From contig NW_013657665.1 of NCBI RefSeq assembly GCF_000142905.1, positions 186,001-250,000 of the forward strand: a DNA stretch of 64,000 bases, written 5' to 3'. This DNA is from Thecamonas trahens ATCC 50062 (lineage: Eukaryota; Protista; Apusomonadida). The notes under the pieces were generated by a model. The model did not search any database. It had not been told where the DNA came from and saw only the letters and a program-made list of their open reading frames with translations. Made by a program: the position numbers and the translations under genes. Positions 1 through 9,567 of this stretch are shown piece by piece (the stretch's first letter is position 1; each line of letters opens with the position of its first letter).

Positions 1-6
1 TTCTCG

Positions 7-1266
7 CTACTCGGGACAGCCCGCAGCAGCGAGGAGGTGGACGATGTGGAGGTGACCTGCGCGGCGGGCGGTAGTGAGCGGGCCTGGATCGAGCGACGGA
101 TCGACGCGTGGGTGTGCCAGCATGGTTGTGACAACGTCGACATGGCCGTGGTAGCTAGCCCAAAAGAGGGCGGCGTTGTGGCCCGCGTCTGGGTCGACGC
201 GGGCGTCATCGAGAAGGAGGACGACGGCGGCGACCGAGCCGGACTGCGCCGCCATGTACAGCGCCGACGAGTTTCGGATCGACGGGTTGGCATCGGTGTG
301 GGTGAGGAGGTAGGCGAGGACGTCGGCGTGGCCAAACTCGGAAGCGGCAAGGAGGGCGGCGGAGGCTGCGGCGGTTGTGTCGACATCCGGATGGGCGAGC
401 AAGAGCTTGACAATGTCGAGGTGGTTGCTCTCCGCGGCGGCCTTGACGGCGTGGACAGGATGGGCGGCCGCGAGGTCGACCCGGGAATCGCCCAGCAGGC
501 TTTGAATGATGGCAAGGTAGCCAAACTCGGCAGCCATGTGTAGGGCGTAGTTGCCGCCGGCGGTGGGATCTGCCTCGGGCGACGCCAGCAAGTACTCAAA
601 GGTGCGGACGGCGCCAAAACGGGCGGCGATGCGGAGGGCGGTGTCGCCGAGCGCGCACAGGTCAAAGTCGCCACGGACGATGAGGAGTTTTAGGACCTCG
701 AGTTGATCTTTGAGGGCAGCAACAAGGCCAGCCTGCCTGGCAGCACCGGGAGAGAGGCTCTTGTGGGCGGTAATGAGCTCAAGGGCGAGGTCAGGCAGAT
801 CGCGGCCGCAGGACCAGGCAAGGACGCCGACCGAGCGATCAACCTGCATGGCGACGTAGGTGTCGGTCCGGCGCGAGCCGAAACGTAGCGGGCGTGTTGT
901 GGCGTTGACGTCAAGAAGCGCGGCGACGAGCTTGCGCCACCCACGACAAAGCGGGTCAGCGGCATCAAAGATGGCAGCGAGGCCGCCGGTGCGGGCCAGA
1001 GGATCCGACTCGGAGCGGTGTGGGTCAACAGCAGGAGCAGGAGCAGCAACGATGCGGTGCGCGCCGTACCACAGCTTGCGTCTGATGCACACATCGATGC
1101 CCGCGAGAGCGTGAGCGCGAGCCGCCGAGAAGGGAGAGCCGAGCAGGGCTGCATGGAGCCGGGAGCATGTACAAGCAAGAGCCACAATGTCCGAGGCAGT
1201 CAGGACGGCAGCATCATATGCGATGGCATGGACGAGTTCTGGCGGGAGGACATGGAGCAGGGCCAT
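7..1266 (-). CDS. F-box-like/ankyrin-repeat protein
   Basis: ORF 7..1482, with the likely start at Met73 (MALLHVLPPELVHAIA...DIVALACTCSRL, F-box-like LPxE motif). About 7 C-terminal ankyrin repeats (GDTALRIAARFG, GNYALHMAAEFG, NSSALYMAAQSG, HNAALFWASYHG). Confidence 0.85.
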   Translation of the reverse strand: MALLHVLPPELVHAIAYDAAVLTASDIVALACTCSRLHAALLGSPFSAARAHALAGIDVCIRRKLWYGAHRIVAAPAPAVDPHRSESDPLARTGGLAAIFDAADPLCRGWRKLVAALLDVNATTRPLRFGSRRTDTYVAMQVDRSVGVLAWSCGRDLPDLALELITAHKSLSPGAARQAGLVAALKDQLEVLKLLIVRGDFDLCALGDTALRIAARFGAVRTFEYLLASPEADPTAGGNYALHMAAEFGYLAIIQSLLGDSRVDLAAAHPVHAVKAAAESNHLDIVKLLLAHPDVDTTAAASAALLAASEFGHADVLAYLLTHTDANPSIRNSSALYMAAQSGSVAAVVLLLDDARVDPDAGHNAALFWASYHGHVDVVTTMLAHPRVDPSLDPGPLTTARRAGHLHIVHLLAAAGCPE

Positions 1267-1667
1267 GTGTAGTCGGTCGAGGGGAGAGGGAGAGACTAAG
1301 ATCGTTGTTGACAGCGGGTTAGTCAGTTGGCTGTGGCTAGGCCCTGGCTTGGCCCTGGCTTGGCCTGTCGTGGTCTGCCTTGGCTTGGCATGTGCTGATC
1401 TGTGTGGCTGTTGGTGAACATTGGCGCATTGGCATTGGCATTGGCATTGACCGACTCTGATGTCTTCCATGTTCCATGGCACGGTGAGCCTGTCTCTTCG
1501 AGGAGAGCACGAATGTCATCGTAGTCTAGACCTGGCTACAGCCACAGTTACACACGCACATACGTACTTACGCCAGACCACTTGACGTCACAAACGGTGT
1601 AGGGAGTCTCATTCTACCTTGTCTGCCTGAAAGCCAAAGCCGAAGCCTTTCCAACCTGTTTGCTCTC

Positions 1668-2122
1668 ATGTCGGCCGCCTCGCAAACGCTGCAATGCGCC
1701 GAGTGCAAGACGATCTTGGCCGCTGGCTCCGAGGCCAAGATCGTTGCCTGTCCCTCGTGCGGTATCCATCTGACCAATCCGCATTACGCTGCTGAGCGCC
1801 GCCACCATACTCGGCCACTGCTGCTCCACCTGCTGTGGTTGCTTGCCCATCTTGCGCCACCCATCTGTCTGTTCCGCAGGGCGCGGCGCAGATGCAGTGC
1901 TCGGTCTGCGCGACTGTCATGGCGGTTCCAGGCACAAGCTCTCCGGCGCCGCAGGCTCCTACAGGCCCGATGTACGAGTGCCGCAAGTGTGGGAACAGAA
2001 CGCCATACACCCCCGGTGTCACCACTACAATCCCCTGCTCGCAATGCGGCAAGGTCGGCCTCCCGCCGCTTCAGCCCGGCGAGGGCTACGGCTCCAAGAC
2101 CATGCCGTTCATCATCATGTAG
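1668..2122 (+). CDS. LSD1-type zinc-ribbon repeat protein (one frameshift near 1796)
   Basis: The N-terminus (CAEC...CPSC) is in the 1668 frame and continues in the 1835 frame (CPSCATHLSVPQGAAQMQCSVC; CRKC...CSQC). Adding one G at gag^cg gives AAEAPPPYSATAAPPAVVACPSC, six CxxC pairs in total. Confidence 0.75.
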
Positions 2123-2339
2123 TGCGCGCTCTCTTCTTTTTCTCCCTGCCAGCTACCAGCTGCCAGCTATCAGCTGCATCAACCCGCTACCGCCACAACA
2201 CTCTGGTCCATGCCCGCGGTCGATCGCCGTCTTGTGCCGTGTCCCGTCGTCGTGCCGTACCCAATGCACCATCTCCTCCCACACTGGCACAACCACGACG
2301 CCATCCGCCCATCCCCCATCCATCCTCCCCCCCCCCCCC

Positions 2340-3049
2340 NNNNNNNNNNNNNNNNNNNNNNNNNNNNNNNNNNNNNNNNNNNNNNNNNNNNNNNNNNNNN
2401 NNNNNNNNNNNNNNNNNNNNNNNNNNNNNNNNNNNNNNNNNNNNNNNNNNNNNNNNNNNNNNNNNNNNNNNNNNNNNNNNNNNNNNNNNNNNNNNNNNNN
2501 NNNNNNNNNNNNNNNNNNNNNNNNNNNNNNNNNNNNNNNNNNNNNNNNNNNNNNNNNNNNNNNNNNNNNNNNNNNNNNNNNNNNNNNNNNNNNNNNNNNN
2601 NNNNNNNNNNNNNNNNNNNNNNNNNNNNNNNNNNNNNNNNNNNNNNNNNNNNNNNNNNNNNNNNNNNNNNNNNNNNNNNNNNNNNNNNNNNNNNNNNNNN
2701 NNNNNNNNNNNNNNNNNNNNNNNNNNNNNNNNNNNNNNNNNNNNNNNNNNNNNNNNNNNNNNNNNNNNNNNNNNNNNNNNNNNNNNNNNNNNNNNNNNNN
2801 NNNNNNNNNNNNNNNNNNNNNNNNNNNNNNNNNNNNNNNNNNNNNNNNNNNNNNNNNNNNNNNNNNNNNNNNNNNNNNNNNNNNNNNNNNNNNNNNNNNN
2901 NNNNNNNNNNNNNNNNNNNNNNNNNNNNNNNNNNNNNNNNNNNNNNNNNNNNNNNNNNNNNNNNNNNNNNNNNNNNNNNNNNNNNNNNNNNNNNNNNNNN
3001 NNNNNNNNNNNNNNNNNNNNNNNNNNNNNNNNNNNNNNNNNNNNNNNNN
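2340..3049. other. Assembly gap (N-run) flanked by poly-C
   Basis: About 710 N between C homopolymers. Confidence 0.99.
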
Positions 3050-3198
3050 CCCCCCACCCCCTTTTGCCGGCTGTCACAAACAGACCCGTTCACCCACCGC
3101 CGGCCTTCCACCCCCTCGCAGCCGGGGCCAACGCTCCCGACCCGGCGCCCACGCCTACCCTTGCACTCGACCACCTCACCCTGTAAAACACAAAGCCA

Positions 3199-5133
3199 AT
3201 GCCGGTCTCGTTCAAACGATACCGGCTAGGTGAGGGACGCAGAGAGGCAGGCGGTGGCGCAGGGGAAGGACCCGAGACGGGTGGCGGCGGGCATGGCCTG
3301 AGCCTGCGTTCCAAGCGGCTTCTTGGCCTGCGTAAGACGGCCCGACGAGTGGCAGAGAGCGCACCGAACGATGCCGAGGCGGTAGGCGCGTGCCTTGAGT
3401 TGGATCTCTCGCTAAATGATCTGACAAGTCTCGCTCCGTTAGCGGATGAGCCGTATTTTGCCCATCTGGCTGCGGTCAACGCGTCGATCAACTACCTGCC
3501 GTCGCTGGCGGCGCCAGTTATCCCGGATCTGGCGTATCTGCGGGTGCTTCGACTCGACAACAACGCCATTGACTCGATGCAGCCACTGGATGGCCGCTTC
3601 CCGCTGCTGGAGACACTGAGTCTTGCCGGGAACGCCATACCGCGGATCACCGGACTCGCCAGCGCAGTCAGCCTTACCTCGCTCGATCTCACCGCCAACG
3701 AGCTAACCGTGCTCGACTCGCTCAAGGGGTGCACAGCGCTGAAGACGCTCAAGGTCGCCGGCAACGCGATCACCGACGCCCAGCATGTCGTCTTCCTCCC
3801 GTCGCTCACCTCGCTCGACGTGGCTGACAACCAGCTTGCGGATCTCGGGGCGACCGCATCGGCCCTTCGCGGCTGTGCTTCGCTCGTCGAGCTGAGCGCC
3901 GGCGGCAACCCGCTGGCGGCAACGGCGTCGTACAAGGCTGTGTGCTTGGAGAGCGCGGCCCTGGAGCGACTCGATGGCCACGTGGTCACCCCGCTCTTCC
4001 GCGAGCGCATGTCCAACGTCGCCGCCGAGAGCAGGCTCTCCGACCTAGTGGCCGACACGACTGATGCGTACCTGCAGCGCATCGAGGAGGCGCGGGAGAC
4101 CAAGGCATCCAAGCTGCGGCTGCTCAAGGCGCGGACCCTCGAGATCGAGAGCCATTTCGACGCCTACCAAACCCATCTCGAGTCGGAGATGCACTCGCTC
4201 ACCCGCTACGTCCACGACGTGCTTGCCAGTGGGGGGCGGACTGACGTCGATTTGGATGAAATGCGCGCAGTGCTGGCGGTAACTGAGGCTGCGCGTTGGA
4301 AAGAGGTTCTTGGCATGCTGCAGAACGACGCCGATGCATGGGAGGCCGAGGTTGCCCGCGCCAAGGCCGCTACCTCGCACACTGATAAGCTGCGGACGCT
4401 GGCTAAGGACGATCCACGAGCGTGGCGCGAGCTCAAAGAGCGCGAGCGCGAGCTGGTTGCCCGTGAGGATGCCATTGCCGCCCGCGAGCATGCGGCTGCA
4501 GAGTCGGCGCAGACGTCGGCGGCGGCGGCGGCAGAGCGCCGCCGGGCCCAGGCCGAGTTTTCCGCTGCCCGCGGCAGCGCCTTCCAAGTTCACCGAACGC
4601 TTGACGCCGCACATCGACCGCACCACGCTGCGCTCGGCGCTGACCGCACTCGGACCATCGCGCCGCCGACCCACAGTGGGCCGCCCGACGAGGCCGCAGT
4701 GGAGGCTGCCGCCGCCTCCCGCATTCAGGGCCAGTGGCGCGCGTCGCGGGCTTCGCACGATCTAATTGATCGTGCCTCGCCGTCTCGGCGGTCGTCGTCT
4801 CGGCGGGCGTCATCGTCGCGGCGATCGTCATCGTCACGTACCTCGTCGCGAACCTCGTCGCGGCGGCTCTCGCGGACCTCGTCTCGCGGCGCCCGCTCGA
4901 CTGGGCCCGGACCACCTCCCGCTATTGCCGGGTCGGTGCAGTCTGGTGATGGCCAGAGCGAGCCGCGGCAGCAACCGTCGACCGAGCAACTGCGATCGCC
5001 GTCACCAGTGCGATCGCCGTCACCAGTGCGATCGCCGTCACCAGCGCGATCGCCGTCACCAGCACAAGCGCCAGCGCCAACGCCAGCACCAGCGCCAGAC
5101 GGCAAGAAGAGCCGTACTTGTGTAGTATCGTAA
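3199..5133 (+). CDS. Leucine-rich repeat, coiled-coil, IQ-like motif protein with C-terminal CaaX box
   Basis: SDS22-like LRRs (LRVLRLDNNAI, LETLSLAGNAI, LTSLDLTANEL), LRR cap (GNPL...YK...LERLDG), helical coiled region, AASRIQGQWRASR, and a KKSRTCVVS-stop end. Confidence 0.85.
   Translation: MPVSFKRYRLGEGRREAGGGAGEGPETGGGGHGLSLRSKRLLGLRKTARRVAESAPNDAEAVGACLELDLSLNDLTSLAPLADEPYFAHLAAVNASINYLPSLAAPVIPDLAYLRVLRLDNNAIDSMQPLDGRFPLLETLSLAGNAIPRITGLASAVSLTSLDLTANELTVLDSLKGCTALKTLKVAGNAITDAQHVVFLPSLTSLDVADNQLADLGATASALRGCASLVELSAGGNPLAATASYKAVCLESAALERLDGHVVTPLFRERMSNVAAESRLSDLVADTTDAYLQRIEEARETKASKLRLLKARTLEIESHFDAYQTHLESEMHSLTRYVHDVLASGGRTDVDLDEMRAVLAVTEAARWKEVLGMLQNDADAWEAEVARAKAATSHTDKLRTLAKDDPRAWRELKERERELVAREDAIAAREHAAAESAQTSAAAAAERRRAQAEFSAARGSAFQVHRTLDAAHRPHHAALGADRTRTIAPPTHSGPPDEAAVEAAAASRIQGQWRASRASHDLIDRASPSRRSSSRRASSSRRSSSSRTSSRTSSRRLSRTSSRGARSTGPGPPPAIAGSVQSGDGQSEPRQQPSTEQLRSPSPVRSPSPVRSPSPARSPSPAQAPAPTPAPAPDGKKSRTCVVS
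4992..5062 (+). repeat. 18-bp coding tandem repeat (RSPSPV/A x4)
   Basis: gcgatcgccgtcaccag(t/c) repeated four times. Confidence 0.9.
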
Positions 5134-5324
5134 GACACCTGGCTCTGGTGCGGCGCGGCTCGACCTGATCGGATCGGAATTGCAAAGTGGACTGACGTAG
5201 CCACCCCACACCCGAAATGCCCTTGATGCCTCCGATGTATCGATGTGTCTATGTCAAGCTAAACACCGAAAACATGGCTCCGCGTGTGGCTCCGCATTCT
5301 CTCTGTCACCTCACTCACTTTGTC

Positions 5325-7865
5325 ATGTCCGCCGGAGCCCGGCTTCTCCACGCGGCACGACAGCGGGACGCGCTTGCTGTGCGCAAGGTCATTGGTGAGC
5401 TGTCCAACAGTTCTGAAGTGCCTTCCATCATCAACCAACATACCGTACGTGTACAGTTGTCACCGTCCCCCTCATCGTCCCTGTGCCGCATCACATGCGG
5501 CCTTCCATGAACCCTTGTCGCTCCCGCTCGCCACGGCCAATGTTCCACGACGCGCGGGGCTCGTCAGCCATGGGTACCGCCACCACCACCACCACGCGCG
5601 TACTTGCCTCCCCTCCCCTCTCACACACACTCAAACTACTCGCACTACCCTGTGTTCTGCACTCCCAACGCATGCGAAGCAGGGCGTTTGGCCCCCCCCC
5701 CCCCCCCCCCCCCCCCTCCCGCCACTGTCTCACCCCGGAGAGCGATTGAGGCTCGATAGGATACAGGGTGGACGGCGCTGCACCACGCGGCGTACAACAA
5801 TGATGTAGAGTCGATAGCGTTGTTGCTGGAGGCTGGAGCTCAACTGGAAGCTCGTGATCGTATCGGGGCGACACCGCTGTATGTGGCGTGCTTGTCGGGC
5901 CATACCGAGGCAGCAGCGGTGCTTGTCGATGCCAATGCAGAGATTGATACCCGCAAGGACGAGGGCTGGACGCCGCTGCTTGCTGCCTGCCACTACGGCT
6001 TTGCGGCAGTGGTGGGCCTCTTGCTCGAGGCTGGGGCCAATCCGGATGCACAGACCCCGCTTGGCTCGACGCCGACGTTTCTGGCGGCGCAGGAGAACCA
6101 TATTGTTGTGCTCTCGCTACTTGTCGGCGTCGGCGCCTCGGTCAACTTGCTCAACAACGACGGCGTCTCGCCGTTGGTGGTGGCCGCATCCAAGGGGCAT
6201 TCCCAGGTTGTTGTCCTCCTCCTCGACGGCGGCGCCGATCCAAACGTCGGCCACAAGAACGGCTGGTCCGCGCTGCTGCTGGCCGCCCACAAGGGCCACC
6301 TTTCGATTGTGCAGGATCTGGTAGCGTGTGGTGCGGACGTTGACGCGTGCAACTCGTCGGGCGCGAGTGCACTCTACGTTGCCACCCAGAATGGCGCCGC
6401 CGACATTGTGGCGGCGATCATTACTGCTGGCGCGGATCCGAACATCCCCAAAAGCGACGGGTGGTATCCGCTTCTCATTGCCGCCCACAAGGGTGCCGCG
6501 CAAGTCACCGAGGAACTTCTGAGCCATCCTGACATTGATGTGCACGTGACCAACACAGCAGCGGCTACCTCGCTGTACCTGGCCGCACAATCTGGCTCGA
6601 TCGAGGTGGTGCGGATGCTGCTGGCGGCCGGTGCAAACCCCAACTCTGCCAAGGACGACGGCTGGACGCCGCTGATGATTGCAGTCCACCGGCGGCATCT
6701 CAAGGTGGCCCGCGTGCTCATCGGCAGCGGCGCCGAGGTGAACCAGCGCAACGCCAATGGAGCAACCGCGCTGTATGTGGCGGCGCAGCTCGGGTTCCTG
6801 GCCGCTGTCAACCTGCTGTTGGAGGCCCAGGCCTCGCCTTTGGCTGCCAAAGCGGTTGATGGCTGGACAGCGCTCCATGTTGCCACCACTGGCGGCTTTG
6901 AGGACGTTGTCGCCGCACTGCTTGCCGCAGGCGCCAACCCGCATGCTGCTGCCCACGATGGCGAGACACCGCTCCACATTGCCGCCATCTCACCGTCGCC
7001 GGCCATGCAGCGGCTCTTCCTTACATACACCACAGTGCCCGAGCTTCCGCACTCGGCACCACTGCCAACTCGGTCACGGTCGCGATCCAAGGCCAAGGCC
7101 AAGTCCAAGGCCAAGTCGCGGCCCAAGTCCAAGTCCAAGTTACGCTCCAAGTCGCGCTCCAAGTCTAAGACTAAGACCAAGGCCAAGGCCCGAATGAGCG
7201 GGAGCCCGAGCAGTGGCAGCCGCGAGCGGCATGACTTTGCCTCGCTCTCCTCGTCCGAAGTGTCGTTTGATGAGGCGGGCTCACTGGTGAGCCCGCAGCA
7301 GGTGCGATCGGGCTCGTCGTCGCCGCTGGGCGCTCCTCCGCCGCCGTCAAGTAGCACGCCTGAAAGCCGCGGTGAGCGGTACAGCTTGCAGCCGCCGCCG
7401 GTACCGGACTTTCTGCCCGGATCGAGCCCTGGTGCGTACGCGACGTCGCAGCCAACAACCAAGTCGTGGGAGTGCGTCAACTGCACCTTTGTCAACGCAT
7501 ACGTCTCGTCGTGCGAGGTGTGCGGCACTCCACAGGGCGGCGGACTCATCCCATCGGACATTCTTCAGCAGAACAAGGCGCTCGTGTCGGCACCTCCCTC
7601 GCACAGCCGGTCACGCGGCGGCGCGCGCGCGCGTGCTGCCGATGCTTCCAGCTCAGCCGATGACGCGTGTTCACAGGCAAGTGACGACGACGGCAACACG
7701 TGTCTAGTGTGCTGGGACGGGCCTAAGACTGCAGCGTTTGTCCACGGCGACACCGGGCACCTCTCGGCGTGCATGATGTGCGCACAGCAGGTTCTGCGCC
7801 GCAAAGACGTGTGCCCGGTCTGTCGCGAACCTATCGAGCGGGTGGTCGAGATCTTTAAAGTCTAA
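5325..7865 (+). CDS. Ankyrin-repeat, RanBP2/NZF zinc finger, MDM2-type RING E3 ubiquitin ligase; join(5325..5444,5760..7865)
   Basis: Exon 1 MSAGARLLHAAR...INQHT ends at the GTACGT donor (5445). A phase-0 TAG acceptor at 5759 gives DTGWTALHHAAY. About 12-13 ankyrin repeats, then WECVNCTFVN...CEVC and CLVC...FVHGDTGHLSACMMCA...CPVCR. Confidence 0.88.
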
Positions 7866-7900
7866 GCGCACACCATGCGAGGCGGGAGCAGGCTGCCGTG

Positions 7901-8893
7901 CTAGAGGCTCGCAGCAGCAGCAGCAGCGGCGAGGAGCTCGAGGTCGCGCGGCATGGTCTTGTTCGGCGTCTCCAGGATGAGAGGCACGCGGGCGACCATC
8001 GGGAGTGCCAGAAGTTCGACAAATGCATCCGCACCGATGTGGCCATGGCCGAGCTGAGCGTGACGGTCCTTGCGCGAGCCACGCGGGTGGACCGAGTCGT
8101 TGAGGTGCATGCCAGCGAGGACGCCCGCGCCGCAGACCGATTCAAACTCAGCCAAGACGCCAGCGATGTCGCCTGCAACATCGTAGCCTGCGGCGCACAT
8201 GTGGGCAGTGTCGAGACAAATTCCCAGGCGCGGGGCAAGCATAGGCTCATGGGCAATGGCGCCGTGGCGGATGGCGGCGAGCTCCTCAAAGGTTGCGCCG
8301 AGGAACGAGCCGCCGCCGGCGGTCGACTCGAAGACAAGCTTAACGTGGGGAAAGGCACAGCGAGCAAGGGCATCGACGGCAGCCGCAGCAACCCTGTCGA
8401 CGGCCTCGTCAAGTGGCGCACCAAGCGCTGCGCCCGGGTGTATGTTGAGGGCGCCAAAGCCGAGAGCACCGACGGCGTCGAGCTCGGCCACCAGCAGGTC
8501 GAGCGACTTTGCCCGCTTAGCCTCGTCGGGGTGGGCAATGTTGGTCAGGTACGCGCCATGGACAAGGACTCGCTCGCCATCGATGCCTTGGGCGTCTACC
8601 AAGGCCTGGCGTGCTGATCTTGCCTTTTCTTCGGTAATCTTTGGGTGCGCCCACGTCCGTGGGGAGGCGGTAAAGAGAGCCAGCGCCGTCATGCCGATGG
8701 CATCCGCCCGAGCAATGACAGCCGCATGTGATGGGCTCATCGAGAGATGCGCTCCGACCCACATATGGTCCGGAAACTCGACTCCTTTCTGCGGGCCTCC
8801 ACCCATTCGCCTCTCTTCCCGGCTCCGTAACCTCGATGCGTTCGCCATCCGCACCCGCAGCTGCCGCGCCAGCTCTCGCCGACCCGCGAGCAT
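7901..8893 (-). CDS. APN1: Endonuclease IV / AP endonuclease 2 family (Nfo/Apn1-like); start uncertain (8893, 8848, 8806 or 8764)
   Basis: Family motifs VGAHLS, VHGAYLTNIA, NIHPG, VFESTAGGG, GICLDTAHM, HLNDS...SRKDRHAQLGHG and LILETP. Confidence 0.92.
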   Translation of the reverse strand: MLAGRRELARQLRVRMANASRLRSREERRMGGGPQKGVEFPDHMWVGAHLSMSPSHAAVIARADAIGMTALALFTASPRTWAHPKITEEKARSARQALVDAQGIDGERVLVHGAYLTNIAHPDEAKRAKSLDLLVAELDAVGALGFGALNIHPGAALGAPLDEAVDRVAAAAVDALARCAFPHVKLVFESTAGGGSFLGATFEELAAIRHGAIAHEPMLAPRLGICLDTAHMCAAGYDVAGDIAGVLAEFESVCGAGVLAGMHLNDSVHPRGSRKDRHAQLGHGHIGADAFVELLALPMVARVPLILETPNKTMPRDLELLAAAAAAASL

Positions 8894-9567
8894 GTGCTGG
8901 TTGAGCCGAGTGTTGTCGCGCTTGGCCAATACGTCGGCTCGGGGGAAGTAAGCCACAATTTGTCGTTTAGCTGAGCGAGTGCTCCGATCAGGTTGGGTAG
9001 AACGTTGTGCTGTTGGAGCAGAGGGTAGGGTAGGGTCGTGTGGCTGAGTGTGCAGAGACAGCTGGGACTAGGGCTGTAGGGAGGGCTGCGCAGAGGCGAC
9101 CCGGCGACGCAACCGTGCACGACGACAGGTCCAGCCACGTCCGGAAAGCACGAGGCACGACGATAGGGACACCCACAGCAGATCCGAGACCACAACTCGA
9201 GAGGGGAACTCATTCAGGCATACTTGTTGGCCACCAGGTGATACATACACCCTAACCCTACCACAACCACCAGATCGAGTTGTTCTGTGGTTTCTCCCCC
9301 CCGCAAAAAGTGTGGTGTGGTGGTTGGCGGGGGAAAAGGGGAGTCCGCTTGTGTCTGCCAATTTCGCAACTCACCGCTTTCTCCCGTACTCGGCCGCGAA
9401 CGCCCTCCGCCCACCCCCCGCACGCACGCTACAGGCCAAGGGCACTCACCGTCCGTAGTGTGCCACACTTGGCTCGCCCACCTTCTCCTCCTCCTCCTCC
9501 CCCCCCCCCCCCCTCACCCCTCTAACCTCACACCTTGTACACATTCCCATAGCCAAGCCAAGTGGCC

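Noticed and set aside
2108-2122. C-terminal FIIM of the zinc-finger protein as a CaaX box
   Set aside because: There is no cysteine at the -4 position.
1843-3233. ORFs spanning the N-run, and likewise those at 47516-48168
   Set aside because: Open only because N codons contain no stops.
7898-8951. Antisense ORFs over endonuclease IV, and over INPP4, ZW10 and the receptor gene
   Set aside because: Expected in high-GC coding DNA; no recognisable domains.
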